A stretch of DNA of 64,000 nucleotides. It comes from an uncultured Acidobacteriota bacterium (GTDB lineage Bacteria; Acidobacteriota; Vicinamibacteria; Vicinamibacterales; CAVVIG01). Under the pieces are notes generated by a model. The model searched no databases. It was not told the DNA's origin and saw only the letters and a program-made list of their open reading frames with translations. The DNA lies in assembly GCA_963724725.1 (NCBI GenBank), contig CAVRVT010000001.1, positions 942,407-1,006,406 of the forward strand, given 5' to 3'. The position numbers were made by a program, and so were the translations under genes. This document shows, piece by piece, positions 27,588 through 36,842 of the stretch. Within the stretch, counting starts at the first letter, position 1. Each line of letters opens with the position of its first letter.

Positions 27588-27992
27588 TCAGCGAAGGACG
27601 GAGACAACAGCCGATCGGCGGCCGAACTTGACCGCTTGATGGCAATCATGGATGTAAAGATCGATTCGATGCCCCCGAACGCTCGAGCCGGTGTCTGACA
27701 CGATGTAGACCCCGTCATACGGTTGGCCGAGTCCGGTCAGCCTGATTTTGGAACCCATGGGCAGGACGGCCGGATCGGCTGCGACGGTTCCCTGGGTCGG
27801 TGTGGTGCCGGTAGCCGTCACCTTCCCGGTGCAATAGGCGGTTGCCGTGAATGATGACGCGGTGGCCGATGCTTTGGTGGGCGACGTGTTAGGACGAACG
27901 CGCCCCGCGCACGCGTCGGCGACGCAGATCAGAATTCCCAGGGCAGCACATACCTGAGATCGGCGCACAAGACTCAAAGCCAGGTAACCCAT
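27588..27992 (-). CDS. 3D-domain (MltA/RlpA-like double-psi beta-barrel) protein
   Basis: TAYCTG..TATG..VAADP..LPMGSKIRL..YIVSDTG..GHRIDLY is typical of 3D domains. Confidence 0.75.
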   Translation of the reverse strand: MGYLALSLVRRSQVCAALGILICVADACAGRVRPNTSPTKASATASSFTATAYCTGKVTATGTTPTQGTVAADPAVLPMGSKIRLTGLGQPYDGVYIVSDTGSSVRGHRIDLYIHDCHQAVKFGRRSAVVSVLR

Positions 27993-28018
27993 CTATACTC
28001 CGTCTCGAGGAAAAACGA

Positions 28019-28519
28019 ATGCGATATCTGACTATTGGCGCGATCGTGTGCATATGCGCCGGGCTTGGCCCGGCGGCGCGGGCACAGACGACGGACCCTC
28101 AGTTGATGGCACCGATCAACAAATTCCTTGACGCATTCAACAAAGGGGATACGGCGGGTGCTGCGGCAACGCATGCCGCGGAGGCGGACCTCGCGATCAT
28201 CGACGAAGTGCCCCCGTTCCTCTGGCGAGGCGCGCAGGCGTTCAAGACGTGGGCTGCGGATTTAGACCGCAACGATAAGAAGGAAGGCATCACGAATCAG
28301 AAAGTGTCGTTGGGCGCGGTGACGCGAGTCGAAACCGATGGCGTCGGCGCCTATGTCGTCGTGCCGTCCGTCTATACGTTCAAGCAGGGCGGCGTCGCGA
28401 TGCGCGAGACTGCGCAGATGACGTTCACGCTGAAAAAAGGCGCTTCCGGCTGGCTGATCCACGGCTGGACATGGACCGGACCGAAGGCTCGGAAAGCGCC
28501 GGGCCCGGCAAAAAAGTAG
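28019..28519 (+). CDS. SnoaL/NTF2-like (DUF4440-type) secreted protein
   Basis: Signal peptide and NTF2-like pattern (INKFLDAFNKGD..; ..GWLIHGWTW). Confidence 0.6.
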   Translation: MRYLTIGAIVCICAGLGPAARAQTTDPQLMAPINKFLDAFNKGDTAGAAATHAAEADLAIIDEVPPFLWRGAQAFKTWAADLDRNDKKEGITNQKVSLGAVTRVETDGVGAYVVVPSVYTFKQGGVAMRETAQMTFTLKKGASGWLIHGWTWTGPKARKAPGPAKK

Positions 28520-28558
28520 CTCGAGTTGGCGTTGCCCGGTCGAGATGGTTCCCCGCAC

Positions 28559-29662
28559 TCAGTTCCGCGCACCTGGTGCCGCAAGTTGCAAGCTCGGCAT
28601 CGCGCCTTTGGATTCGAGCAGGCGGCGCGCCAGGTAGTTGACGACCACCGCGTCGTTGCGTGCCGCCGTCAAGTACGCCGCGCGCAGGAGCTGCTCCTTG
28701 CGACCACGCAGTGTGGCGGTGATGCGTTCGCGCACTCCTGGCGTTGACAGGTCGCGTTGTCCGGCCATCTCGTGGGCGACGACGAGTACAAGGGTGTAAG
28801 CGCCGCCTACGCTCACCACGTTCAACGACCCGGGCGCCTTGTTGAGCACGGCGTCGCGCAGTGCCGGTGGAGCCTGCTTGAGCCTGGACAGCGGCACGAA
28901 GCCAAGATCCCCGCCTCGCCCTGCCGACTCAGGATCCTCCGAGTAAGCGGTGGCCAGCTCACTGAACAACGCGCCACCTTTGAGCCGCTCCATCAGCATC
29001 TGGACCTTGGCGGTCGCCTCCTGTGGCGTCGAGGCGTCGTTTCCGGCTGCGTTCGCCACCTGCGGGTTGCGCACGGGCGTCACCACGATCTGAGCGAGGT
29101 GGTACGACTCTTCCGCCATATTGAACTGCGCGCGATTGGTGTTGAACGCGGCGGTGACATCCTGTTCGGTGACCGTGATCTTGGATCCCACTTCCTGCGT
29201 GATGACTTTCTGGGTTAGCAGTTCGCGCCGCAGTCCATCACGCAAATCGGCTGGTGTCAGACCGCGCCGCGACAATTCCTGCTGAAAGGCGTCGTCAGGC
29301 ACGTTCTTCTTCGCCTCGGCGTAAGCGGCTTCGAGGTCGCCTTGGGCAACGTCGAGGTTCAAGCTGCGCGCCTTTGCCAGCAGTATGTCCTGGAGAATGA
29401 GATCGTCGAGGAGACTCAGCTTGGCCGTCAGCGTTTCTTCTTCCGACGGCGTCTGCGACGCGTCTCGTCTTCGTTGGTATGTCTTGTCGACATCGTTGCG
29501 TGTAATCTGCCGACCGTCGACGATCGCCCATGTCTCGGCCGTGACCGTTGCGGCCGGAGTGGCTGGCGCTGGACGACACGCCGTGCTGCTTGCCGTCAGC
29601 GCGCCCAGCACCGCGAAAAAATGCCAGTTTCGAGCACGAAAGTTGATTCTTGGATCCAACAT
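28559..29662 (-). CDS. SurA-like periplasmic chaperone / PpiC-type peptidyl-prolyl isomerase
   Basis: SurA N-terminal-like helical region followed by a parvulin-like segment (SEDPESAGRGGDLGFV..). Confidence 0.7.
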   Translation of the reverse strand: MLDPRINFRARNWHFFAVLGALTASSTACRPAPATPAATVTAETWAIVDGRQITRNDVDKTYQRRRDASQTPSEEETLTAKLSLLDDLILQDILLAKARSLNLDVAQGDLEAAYAEAKKNVPDDAFQQELSRRGLTPADLRDGLRRELLTQKVITQEVGSKITVTEQDVTAAFNTNRAQFNMAEESYHLAQIVVTPVRNPQVANAAGNDASTPQEATAKVQMLMERLKGGALFSELATAYSEDPESAGRGGDLGFVPLSRLKQAPPALRDAVLNKAPGSLNVVSVGGAYTLVLVVAHEMAGQRDLSTPGVRERITATLRGRKEQLLRAAYLTAARNDAVVVNYLARRLLESKGAMPSLQLAAPGARN

Positions 29663-29782
29663 ATCCCGGCAGCGTAGTGCAGATCAGGCGCCGAACACCA
29701 ATCGCAGGTATCGTCCTGAATGTGCAGCCTCGCCGACTGCTCCAGGAAGTATCCTCATCGTCAGAAGCGAGGAAGGTGCGTC

Positions 29783-30233
29783 GTGAAATCACTGTTCGAC
29801 CCGGACGTATTCCAACACACCGTCAACCGCGTCGAAGCGTTTCAGCCGATTGCGTCGAGGGAGTGGGGCAAGATGACGCCCGCGCAGATGCTCGAGCACT
29901 CGGCGCGCGCGGTGGAGATGGCCTGCGGGAAGGGTCCGCAGAAGCAGTTCTGGCTGGGCAAGCTGATTGGCTGGACGGTGCGCAAGGACTTCGTCGGCGA
30001 GAAGCCGTTCTCGAAGAACGGTCCCACCAGCCCCGACTTCATCGTCAAGAGCGAGCCCGACTTCACCGCGGCGAAGAACCGGCTGCTCGGCGTCATGCGC
30101 GAGCTCCAGTCCAAGGGGGCATTGGGCTGCGACGGCAACGTGCACGCCTTCTTCGGACGCATGTCCGGCGCCGAGTGGGGTGTGACGCAGTACCAAGCAT
30201 CTCGACCACCACTTGCGGCAGTTCGGAGCTTGA
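29783..30233 (+). pseudogene. DUF1569/DinB-like protein, 1-nt frame disruption near the C-terminus (may be a sequence error)
   Basis: GTG 29783 is preceded by GAGGAAGG. The frame changes after ..GAEWGVTQY at 30191-30194. The other frame then reads KHLDHHLRQFGA-stop (30195-30233), the family-typical C-terminus. Confidence 0.7.
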
Positions 30234-30244
30234 CGGAGCTTGAC
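30225..30244. repeat. Perfect 10-bp tandem duplication GGAGCTTGAC x2 spanning the DUF1569 stop codon
   Basis: Read directly from the sequence: ggagcttgac at 30225-30234 and again at 30235-30244. Confidence 0.95.
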
Positions 30245-30343
30245 GGGGACAATGAGGCCTCCCCAGCCCGAGAAACGCGCTTCTCCATACAACGCATCTA
30301 TACTCGGCAGCATGGGACTGCGGGACCGCTCGAGGAGCACGTC

Positions 30344-31792
30344 GTGAGCGAGCCAGAAGAAGATTTTGCCGAAATGTTCGAGGCGTCCGTCAAGGCGCGC
30401 CGGTTCGATCGTGGCCAGACCGTCGAGGGCACCATCGTCGCGATCGGTCCGAAGGTGGCCTTCGTCAATGTGGGCGGTAAAGGCGAGGCCGAAATCGACC
30501 TCATGGAATTGAAAGACGCCGATGGCAACGTCGAGGTGTCGGTCGGCGATCGCATCAACGCGATGGTCGTTTCAACCAGCGGGGGCATCGTGCTCTCGCG
30601 CAGGGGCGTGCGCAACGCCGCCACCCAGCGGGAGCTCGAGGACGCGTTCCAGGCCGGGCTGGCCGTGGAAGGCAAGGTGGAGAAGGTCGTGAAGGGCGGC
30701 TACGAGGTGCGCCTTGCGCGCGAGCGCGCGTTCTGTCCCCTCTCGCAGATGGACATCGTTCGCACCGCGGATCCCGCGGTGCACGAAAGGCAGATCTACT
30801 CGTTCCGCATCATCGAGTACAAGGACGGCGGGAAGAACATCGTCGTCTCCCGGCGCAAGTACCTCGAGGAACAGCAGCGCGCCAGCGCCGCGGAAGTGCG
30901 TAAGTCGATCGTGGCAGGTGCCATCCTCACCGGACGGGTCGTATCGGTCCCACAGTTCGGCGCCTTCGTGGACCTTGGTGGCGGCATCCAGGGTCTGCTC
31001 CACGTGTCCGACATGGGTTGGTCGCGCGTCAACAGCCCCGGCGAGGTAGTCGCGCCCGGCGATCAAATCACCGTGAAGGTGCTGCGTGTGGACGACGTTA
31101 CGCAGAAGATCTCACTCGGGCTGAAGCAACTCCTTGACGATCCGTGGGCCGCGGTGGCCACCACCTACGAGGTGGGCCAGGTGCGCTCGGGACGTGTCAC
31201 GCGCGTGGCGGACTTCGGCGCATTCGTGGAGCTCGAGCCCGGCATCGAAGGCTTGGCGCACGCCTCCACATTTGCCCCGACCGGTCGCACCGCAGGATGG
31301 ACGGAATCAGTTAGGGTGGGCTCGACCGCCGCGTTCGAGATCCTGAGCATCGACACGGCGCAGAAACGCATCAGCATCGCGCTCGTCGAGGAAGGATCGT
31401 CGCGGGCCGAGGGCGCGACGTCACCCCAGGGCGCCGTCGCACCCGATGCGATCGTACCCGGTGCGATCGTGATCGGCAAAGTGGAGCGTCATGAAAAGTT
31501 CGGCGTGTTCGTGTTCCTGTCGCCGGGGCGTACCGGCTTGATGCCATTCGCCGAAACGGGCGTCGAGCGCGACATGGACATCAGGAAGGCCTTCCCGATC
31601 GGCAGCGAGGTGGAGGTCGCCGTGCTCGAGGTCGATACGGCGGGCCGCCGTATTCGGCTCAGCAAGAAGGCCGTTGCCGAGCAGCGGGAACGCGCGGAAC
31701 TGCGCGACTACGCCGCAAGGCCGGATGCTCTGCCCAGGGCCTCGCTGGGATCGCTGGCCGACAACCTGCGAAACGCCCTCAAGGCACGCTGA
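30344..31792 (+). CDS. S1 RNA-binding-domain protein (four S1 repeats; ribosomal protein S1-like)
   Basis: GTG 30344 lies 6 nt after GAGGAG. The N-terminus SEPEEDFAEMFEAS resembles S1 N-termini, and four G.V.G.V...FGAFV-type S1 modules follow. The 690-aa track ORF is an artefactual fusion with the upstream gene. Confidence 0.85.
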   Translation: MSEPEEDFAEMFEASVKARRFDRGQTVEGTIVAIGPKVAFVNVGGKGEAEIDLMELKDADGNVEVSVGDRINAMVVSTSGGIVLSRRGVRNAATQRELEDAFQAGLAVEGKVEKVVKGGYEVRLARERAFCPLSQMDIVRTADPAVHERQIYSFRIIEYKDGGKNIVVSRRKYLEEQQRASAAEVRKSIVAGAILTGRVVSVPQFGAFVDLGGGIQGLLHVSDMGWSRVNSPGEVVAPGDQITVKVLRVDDVTQKISLGLKQLLDDPWAAVATTYEVGQVRSGRVTRVADFGAFVELEPGIEGLAHASTFAPTGRTAGWTESVRVGSTAAFEILSIDTAQKRISIALVEEGSSRAEGATSPQGAVAPDAIVPGAIVIGKVERHEKFGVFVFLSPGRTGLMPFAETGVERDMDIRKAFPIGSEVEVAVLEVDTAGRRIRLSKKAVAEQRERAELRDYAARPDALPRASLGSLADNLRNALKAR

Positions 31793-32688
31793 TGCTGAGG
31801 GCACTCACGTTGGCGGCCGGGCTCGCAGCCGCCTTGTCGGCGCAGGCGCCCATCGAACCTGGCGCGCTGCCCACGCATTGGTCGAGCGGCGGTCCAAACT
31901 GCATGGAGCTGCCGGCCTGGCAGATTCATGAGTACAACCCGGATTTCTACATCCTCCGCGAATCGGGGTGCGTTCACTACGAAAAGCCTTTTCTGTATCT
32001 GATCTTCGGACGCGACAAGGCCCTGCTCGAGGACACCGGCGCCGGGAATGTCGACACAGCGCCGGTCGTCATGAATCTGATTGCCAGGTGGGCGAAGCGG
32101 AACAACCGGAACGAGCCCGTCAAACTTGTGGTCGTACATTCCCATTCGCACGGCGATCACACGGCGGGCGATCAGGAATTCAAGAACCTGCCCAACGTGC
32201 AGTTCGTCGCCGCCACGGTCGTCGAGTTGAAGAAGGCGTTCGCGATCGAAACGTGGCCGACCCATGTCGTCCCGATCGATCTCGGCGGGCGCATCGTCGA
32301 TCTGATTCCGATTCCCGGTCACGATGTCGCGGGCATCGCATTGTATGACAGGCGGACCGGCGTGCTGCTGACGGGGGACAGCGTTTACCCAGGACGTCTC
32401 TACGTCGGCGCCGCCGAGTACCCGGCGTTTGTGGCGAGCCATCGTCGTCTCGTGGAATTCACGAGGGACAAACCGGTAGCCCACGTGCTCGGCACGCACA
32501 TCGAGCAGATGCGCACGCCGTTTCTGGACTATCCCGTCGGCACAGCCTATCAACCCGACGAACACGTCCTCGAGTTGAATCGCGGTGTGCTGCTCGAGCT
32601 CGACGAAGCACTCACCAGGTCGAACGGGAAACTGGAGCGGATCGTCCTGCGAGACCTGATCCTCTCGCCCCGGCCAGCGCGACCGTAG
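31792..32688 (+). CDS. MBL-fold metallo-hydrolase, secreted
   Basis: HxHxDH motif (HSHSHGDHTAGD) and a signal peptide. The start overlaps the S1 stop (TGATG). Confidence 0.8.
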   Translation: MLRALTLAAGLAAALSAQAPIEPGALPTHWSSGGPNCMELPAWQIHEYNPDFYILRESGCVHYEKPFLYLIFGRDKALLEDTGAGNVDTAPVVMNLIARWAKRNNRNEPVKLVVVHSHSHGDHTAGDQEFKNLPNVQFVAATVVELKKAFAIETWPTHVVPIDLGGRIVDLIPIPGHDVAGIALYDRRTGVLLTGDSVYPGRLYVGAAEYPAFVASHRRLVEFTRDKPVAHVLGTHIEQMRTPFLDYPVGTAYQPDEHVLELNRGVLLELDEALTRSNGKLERIVLRDLILSPRPARP

Positions 32689-32704
32689 TCCGCAAGGAGC
32701 AGCC

Positions 32705-34258
32705 ATGTTGAAGGGGACCACCCTCGCTCGCATTGTCGTTCCCACCGCGATCATCCTTGTAGCTGCAGCAGTCGGTGCCCGGATCATCGGGCAAGAGAAA
32801 ACGCCGGCACCGCCTGCCACGCCGGTGCTTCTGGCGCCAGCCATCAAGCCGCTGGCGGAGAGTTATCTTCAGTGGCCGCTGCCTGACTCGGCACGCGAGT
32901 ACGGCCGCATCGACGGCAAACACCTTCACACGTATGTCGAGGAACTCGCGGCCATATCTCGCAAGAGCCGTGACGCGGGCAATCAATGGTGGGGCCGCAT
33001 CACCGGCACGCCGGCCCATGTCGAAACGCAGAACATGCTGGCTGCCAAGTTCAGGAGTCTGGGCTTGACCGATGTCAGACTCGAGGAACATCCGCTGCCG
33101 CCGGCGTGGTTTCCGACGTCATGGGAAGTCCGCGTATCCCAGGCCGGCAAAACCGTGACGCTGAAGACGGCGCAGCCGGTGCTGCGCGCATCCGCCACGC
33201 CGCCTGGCGGTCTCGACCTCGACGCCGTTTACGTGGGTCTGGGCACACCCGCCGATTTCGCCGGCCGCGACGTGCGCGGCAAGGCGGTGATTATCGCCAG
33301 CGTCCCGACGCCGAGCGCGCTGAATCATTCGGCGCGGACCGACGGCGCGATGAAGATCGCGGAGGACCGCGGCGCCGCCGCCATCCTGATCGTCCTGGGA
33401 ATTCCGGGCAACTTCGCCACGCAGCTGTGGGGAAGCGGCGGAGAAGGACCGAACCAGACGAAAGTGCCGTGGCTTTCGCTCGGGCAGGAAGACGGCCTCG
33501 TCGCCCGCCAGATGATTGAGAGCGGCGCGCCCGTGAAGGTTCATCTGCAACTCTCCGTCGAGGTTCGACAGAACCTGAAACCGGCGGCAGTATGGGGAGT
33601 CCTGCCGGGCGCGACGGACGAGAACATTCTCGTCATCGCGCACTCCGACGGCTTCTGGGAAGCGGCGCTCGACAACGCATCGGGTGTGTCGTCGATGCTC
33701 GGGTTGATCGAGTACTACTCGAAGATGCCGAGGGAGCGGCGGCGTCGGACGATGACGTTCATGGTGCCGGTCGGCCATCACGTCACGCCCGACGTCAGCC
33801 TGCAGAAGCTCCACGACACCGGCAAAGCGTTGTTCGAGAAAACCGCGCTCGTCATCAACGCCGAACACGTGACGACAACGCAGACGTATCTGTACGGGAA
33901 TGTGCTGAGGAAATCGAACACAGTCACCGCGCATCGTTTCTTTGTCGGTCGCAGCCGGCGTCTCGGGGAGCTGCTCGTCGACGATTTTCGACTGTTCGGC
34001 GTGGGACTGTACGAACTGCCGTCGACGCGGTTCGCGGTGGCCGGGGACCTGAGCAAGCTGACCGAGGACGCGCCAGGAATCGAGGTCATCGAATCGAACG
34101 CGTTCTACCATTCCGACCACGACACGCCCGACATCATTCCCGCGGCGGGACTCGAATCGATCACGCGCGCGTACGCGAAGCTCATCGACGACATCAACAA
34201 GCTCGATCTCAAGGACGTCGTCGATCCGCTGCCGCCGGCCACCGTACAGCGGCCATAG
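32705..34258 (+). CDS. M28-family peptidase with PA (protease-associated) domain
   Basis: N-terminal TM/signal segment, a PA-like insert (GKAVIIASVP..) and an M28 metal-ligand region (IAHSDGFWEAALDNASG). Confidence 0.75.
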   Translation: MLKGTTLARIVVPTAIILVAAAVGARIIGQEKTPAPPATPVLLAPAIKPLAESYLQWPLPDSAREYGRIDGKHLHTYVEELAAISRKSRDAGNQWWGRITGTPAHVETQNMLAAKFRSLGLTDVRLEEHPLPPAWFPTSWEVRVSQAGKTVTLKTAQPVLRASATPPGGLDLDAVYVGLGTPADFAGRDVRGKAVIIASVPTPSALNHSARTDGAMKIAEDRGAAAILIVLGIPGNFATQLWGSGGEGPNQTKVPWLSLGQEDGLVARQMIESGAPVKVHLQLSVEVRQNLKPAAVWGVLPGATDENILVIAHSDGFWEAALDNASGVSSMLGLIEYYSKMPRERRRRTMTFMVPVGHHVTPDVSLQKLHDTGKALFEKTALVINAEHVTTTQTYLYGNVLRKSNTVTAHRFFVGRSRRLGELLVDDFRLFGVGLYELPSTRFAVAGDLSKLTEDAPGIEVIESNAFYHSDHDTPDIIPAAGLESITRAYAKLIDDINKLDLKDVVDPLPPATVQRP

Positions 34259-34260
34259 CG

Positions 34261-34746
34261 GTGCTGCAGATCCGCCTCGCCGGCGTGAGCGACCACGATG
34301 CCATCTGGGGCATTCTCGAGCCCGTGCTGCGCGCAGGAGAAACCTACACGCAGCCTCGCGACATCAGCCGTGGTGAAGCACTCGCCTATTGGAGCCGCGC
34401 CGATCACGAGGTGTTCGTCGCGGAACGCGCGGAAACAATTCTCGGCACCTATTTCCTGTGCGCGAACCAGGCCGGCGGCGGGAGTCACGTCGCGAACTGC
34501 GGGTACATGACGTCGGCGGCCGCGGAAGGGCAGGGCGTCGGGCGAGCGATGCTCGAACACTCACTCGATCACGCGCGGCGCCGGGGCTTTCGCGCCATGC
34601 AGTTCAACTTCGTCGTCACCACCAACGAGCGCGCGGTCCGAACCTGGCAAGCCTACGGCTTCGAAATCGTCGGCAGGCTGCCGTCCGCGTTCAGACACCC
34701 GCAACACGGGTTCGTCGACGCGCTCGTCATGTACAAGCAACTCTGA
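34261..34746 (+). CDS. GNAT-family N-acetyltransferase
   Basis: GTG start 3 nt after the upstream stop. Acetyl-CoA motif QGVGRAML is followed by FNFVVTTNERAVRTWQAYGFEIVG. Confidence 0.8.
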   Translation: MLQIRLAGVSDHDAIWGILEPVLRAGETYTQPRDISRGEALAYWSRADHEVFVAERAETILGTYFLCANQAGGGSHVANCGYMTSAAAEGQGVGRAMLEHSLDHARRRGFRAMQFNFVVTTNERAVRTWQAYGFEIVGRLPSAFRHPQHGFVDALVMYKQL

Positions 34747-34833
34747 AGTCGTCCGTCTGAACGCCTAAGCCTTCCAGAGCCTGAAGTTAGCAGCCCTACA
34801 ATATCCGCACCCCGCATTCGTCTACAGAAGTAG

Positions 34834-35454
34834 ATGAAAGACGCGGCGAGCCTGGAGCGCCTGGAGAGGCTGGAGAGCCTGGAGAGCCTGGAGAGGATGA
34901 CGCGCGAACAGGACCTGCGAATCTCGGAAGTCGTCAGGCGCGAGCAGGCGCGGCTGCGCCACTTCATTCGCCGGCGCGTGGCCGACCCGCGCGATGCCGA
35001 GGACATCCTGCAGGACGTCTTCTACCGACTGGTGGAAGCGAACCGTCTGCTGATGCCGATCGACCACGTCACTGGCTGGCTGTTTCGCGTGGCGCGCAAT
35101 CGCATCACGGACCTGTTTCGCAGGAAAGCGCCAGCCAATTTCGGCGACATCGCCGCAAGTGGAGACGAGGACGAACTGCTCCCGCTGGAGGATCTGCTGC
35201 CGTCACCAGACGCGGGACCAGAGGCGACGTACGCGCACAACGTGCTCATCGACGAGCTGGAACTGGCTGTCCACGAGTTGCCGGCGGAGCAGCGCGCCGT
35301 GTTCATCGCCCACGAGCTGGAAGGGCGAAGCTTCAAGGAGATTTCTGCGGAGACCGGCGTCGGCGTGAACACGCTGCTGTCGCGCAAACGCTACGCGGTG
35401 CAGCGTCTCCGTCACCGGCTGCAAAGCATCTACGACGAACTCACCAAGGAATGA
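34834..35454 (+). CDS. ECF-type RNA polymerase sigma factor (start ambiguous: 34834 or 34897)
   Basis: Region 2 (DAEDILQDVFYRLVEA..) and region 4 HTH (SFKEISAETGVGVNTLLSRKRYA). The N-terminal 21 codons are mostly a 9-bp tandem repeat. Confidence 0.85.
   Translation: MKDAASLERLERLESLESLERMTREQDLRISEVVRREQARLRHFIRRRVADPRDAEDILQDVFYRLVEANRLLMPIDHVTGWLFRVARNRITDLFRRKAPANFGDIAASGDEDELLPLEDLLPSPDAGPEATYAHNVLIDELELAVHELPAEQRAVFIAHELEGRSFKEISAETGVGVNTLLSRKRYAVQRLRHRLQSIYDELTKE
34852..34896 (+). repeat. 5 x 9-bp tandem repeat CTGGAGVGS (encodes LERLERLESLESLER if translated)
   Basis: ctggagcgc ctggagagg ctggagagc ctggagagc ctggagagg, ending directly at ATG 34897. Confidence 0.95.
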
Positions 35455-35464
35455 GGAAGCGATC

Positions 35465-35833
35465 ATGAGATGGAGATGGGTGTTCATCGTCCCGGCGGCG
35501 ATTGTGGGGATCGTACTGTTCACGTTCATCGGCGGCGAAGTGGTCAAGCTGCTGTGGAACGGGCTGCTGCCGTCGCTCTTCGGCTGGCGTCAGGTGACCT
35601 TCTGGGAGGCGCTTGGACTGCTGGTGCTTTGCCGGATTCTCTTCGGAGGATTCGGCGGCCATCGCGGTTATCGCTCCGGTCCCGGCATCCGTCGTCGAAT
35701 GGCGGATCGCATGGCCGATCGCGTCGCAGAGCGCTGGGAGCACATGGCTCCTGAAGAGCGCGAACGCTTCCGGCAGCGCGTCCGGGACCGGTGCGGATTC
35801 GACCCGGCGGGCGGTGAGACTAAAGTGGTCTGA
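35465..35833 (+). CDS. Small membrane protein downstream of the ECF sigma (possible anti-sigma or partner)
   Basis: GAGGAAG Shine-Dalgarno, two TM helices and a charged Arg/Glu-rich C-terminal tail. Function unknown. Confidence 0.55.
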   Translation: MRWRWVFIVPAAIVGIVLFTFIGGEVVKLLWNGLLPSLFGWRQVTFWEALGLLVLCRILFGGFGGHRGYRSGPGIRRRMADRMADRVAERWEHMAPEERERFRQRVRDRCGFDPAGGETKVV

Positions 35834-36100
35834 GGCCCGGTCGAACCGGCTCGGGAACGATGCTAGATGCCGAGCGTGCAGACCGAGTAGAACCCGAAGA
35901 TGGGCGACGTCATCGGCCGCCCCTTCCGTATTTTCGGATGCCTGAAATCCACGGCGCGCCCATGCGTGCGAAGCTTCACGCTTTCGAGCGGGAGATGACG
36001 GGCGAAAAGAGTCCCGCCGCTGACCTTCACATCGTACGAAGGCGAGCGGCGGGTTGTCGTGAACGCGCGGTGAGAATGTCGTGAAACTTCGGTTCAGCTC

Positions 36101-36715
36101 CTACTTGGGCGGCGGATTGTACGCATCGCACGACACGTTCGGATTCCAGTTCGAGAACGTGCCGGCCGGGTTGTCCTTCCACGCCCAGACATGCAGTGTG
36201 TAGAACGAATGGAGGTGGAAGCGGTTCGGTTCGTCGAAGAACTGGAACAGCTGCCCGAACAGCTCCGGCGGACCCTCGGGATGGTTGGAATCCCACGTTG
36301 CGGCGTCGACCAGATAGTCCGCGCCGGTCACGCGGAACTTACCGTTCGGCAATGGCTCGAACAGGATGATTTCCGGTTTGTACGGGTTGATCTCGCCGTC
36401 ACCAACGAGATCCATGTTGATGTAGTGCAGGCCCATCGCGCCGAAATCGCCACCGCTCACACAGCCGAAGTTCAGGAAGTAATTGGCGCCTTCCGCCAGG
36501 CGAGGGTCGTCCCGGAAGGGTCCGGTGGCTGCGCGCACCGTTTGTACGAGCTCGTTCACGCGAGCCTTCTGTTGGGGCGTGAGCTCCTGCTGTTGAACGG
36601 CAGCGCCGTGCGAATGGCCGTCCTGCGCCAGCGAGAGTGCCGGCGACGAGCCGAGCAGAAGCGCTGCGCCCATCAAGGAGTACCCGAACTTCACTGCGAA
36701 TCGTCCAACTGTCAT
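36101..36715 (-). CDS. Secreted hypothetical protein
   Basis: ATG 36715 is preceded by GGAGG and followed by a signal peptide (..SPALSLAQ). No family recognised. Confidence 0.55.
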   Translation of the reverse strand: MTVGRFAVKFGYSLMGAALLLGSSPALSLAQDGHSHGAAVQQQELTPQQKARVNELVQTVRAATGPFRDDPRLAEGANYFLNFGCVSGGDFGAMGLHYINMDLVGDGEINPYKPEIILFEPLPNGKFRVTGADYLVDAATWDSNHPEGPPELFGQLFQFFDEPNRFHLHSFYTLHVWAWKDNPAGTFSNWNPNVSCDAYNPPPK

Positions 36716-36842
36716 CGTGATTGCCTCCCTCACGTGGAACCGAACGCTCGGTTTCCGGGCGCGAACCTGCGCCCATCGACATAAGCAGGAATCTCGAAAT
36801 TCTTTCGCCAGGCCATCGACACCTGTGGCAGATTCTTCGACC

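Noticed and set aside
29720-31792. Genuine DinB-S1 fusion protein of 690 aa
   Set aside because: The family-typical C-terminus and stop of the first gene are present one frame over. The S1 gene has its own GAGGAG/GTG start, and the linker region has no protein-like character.
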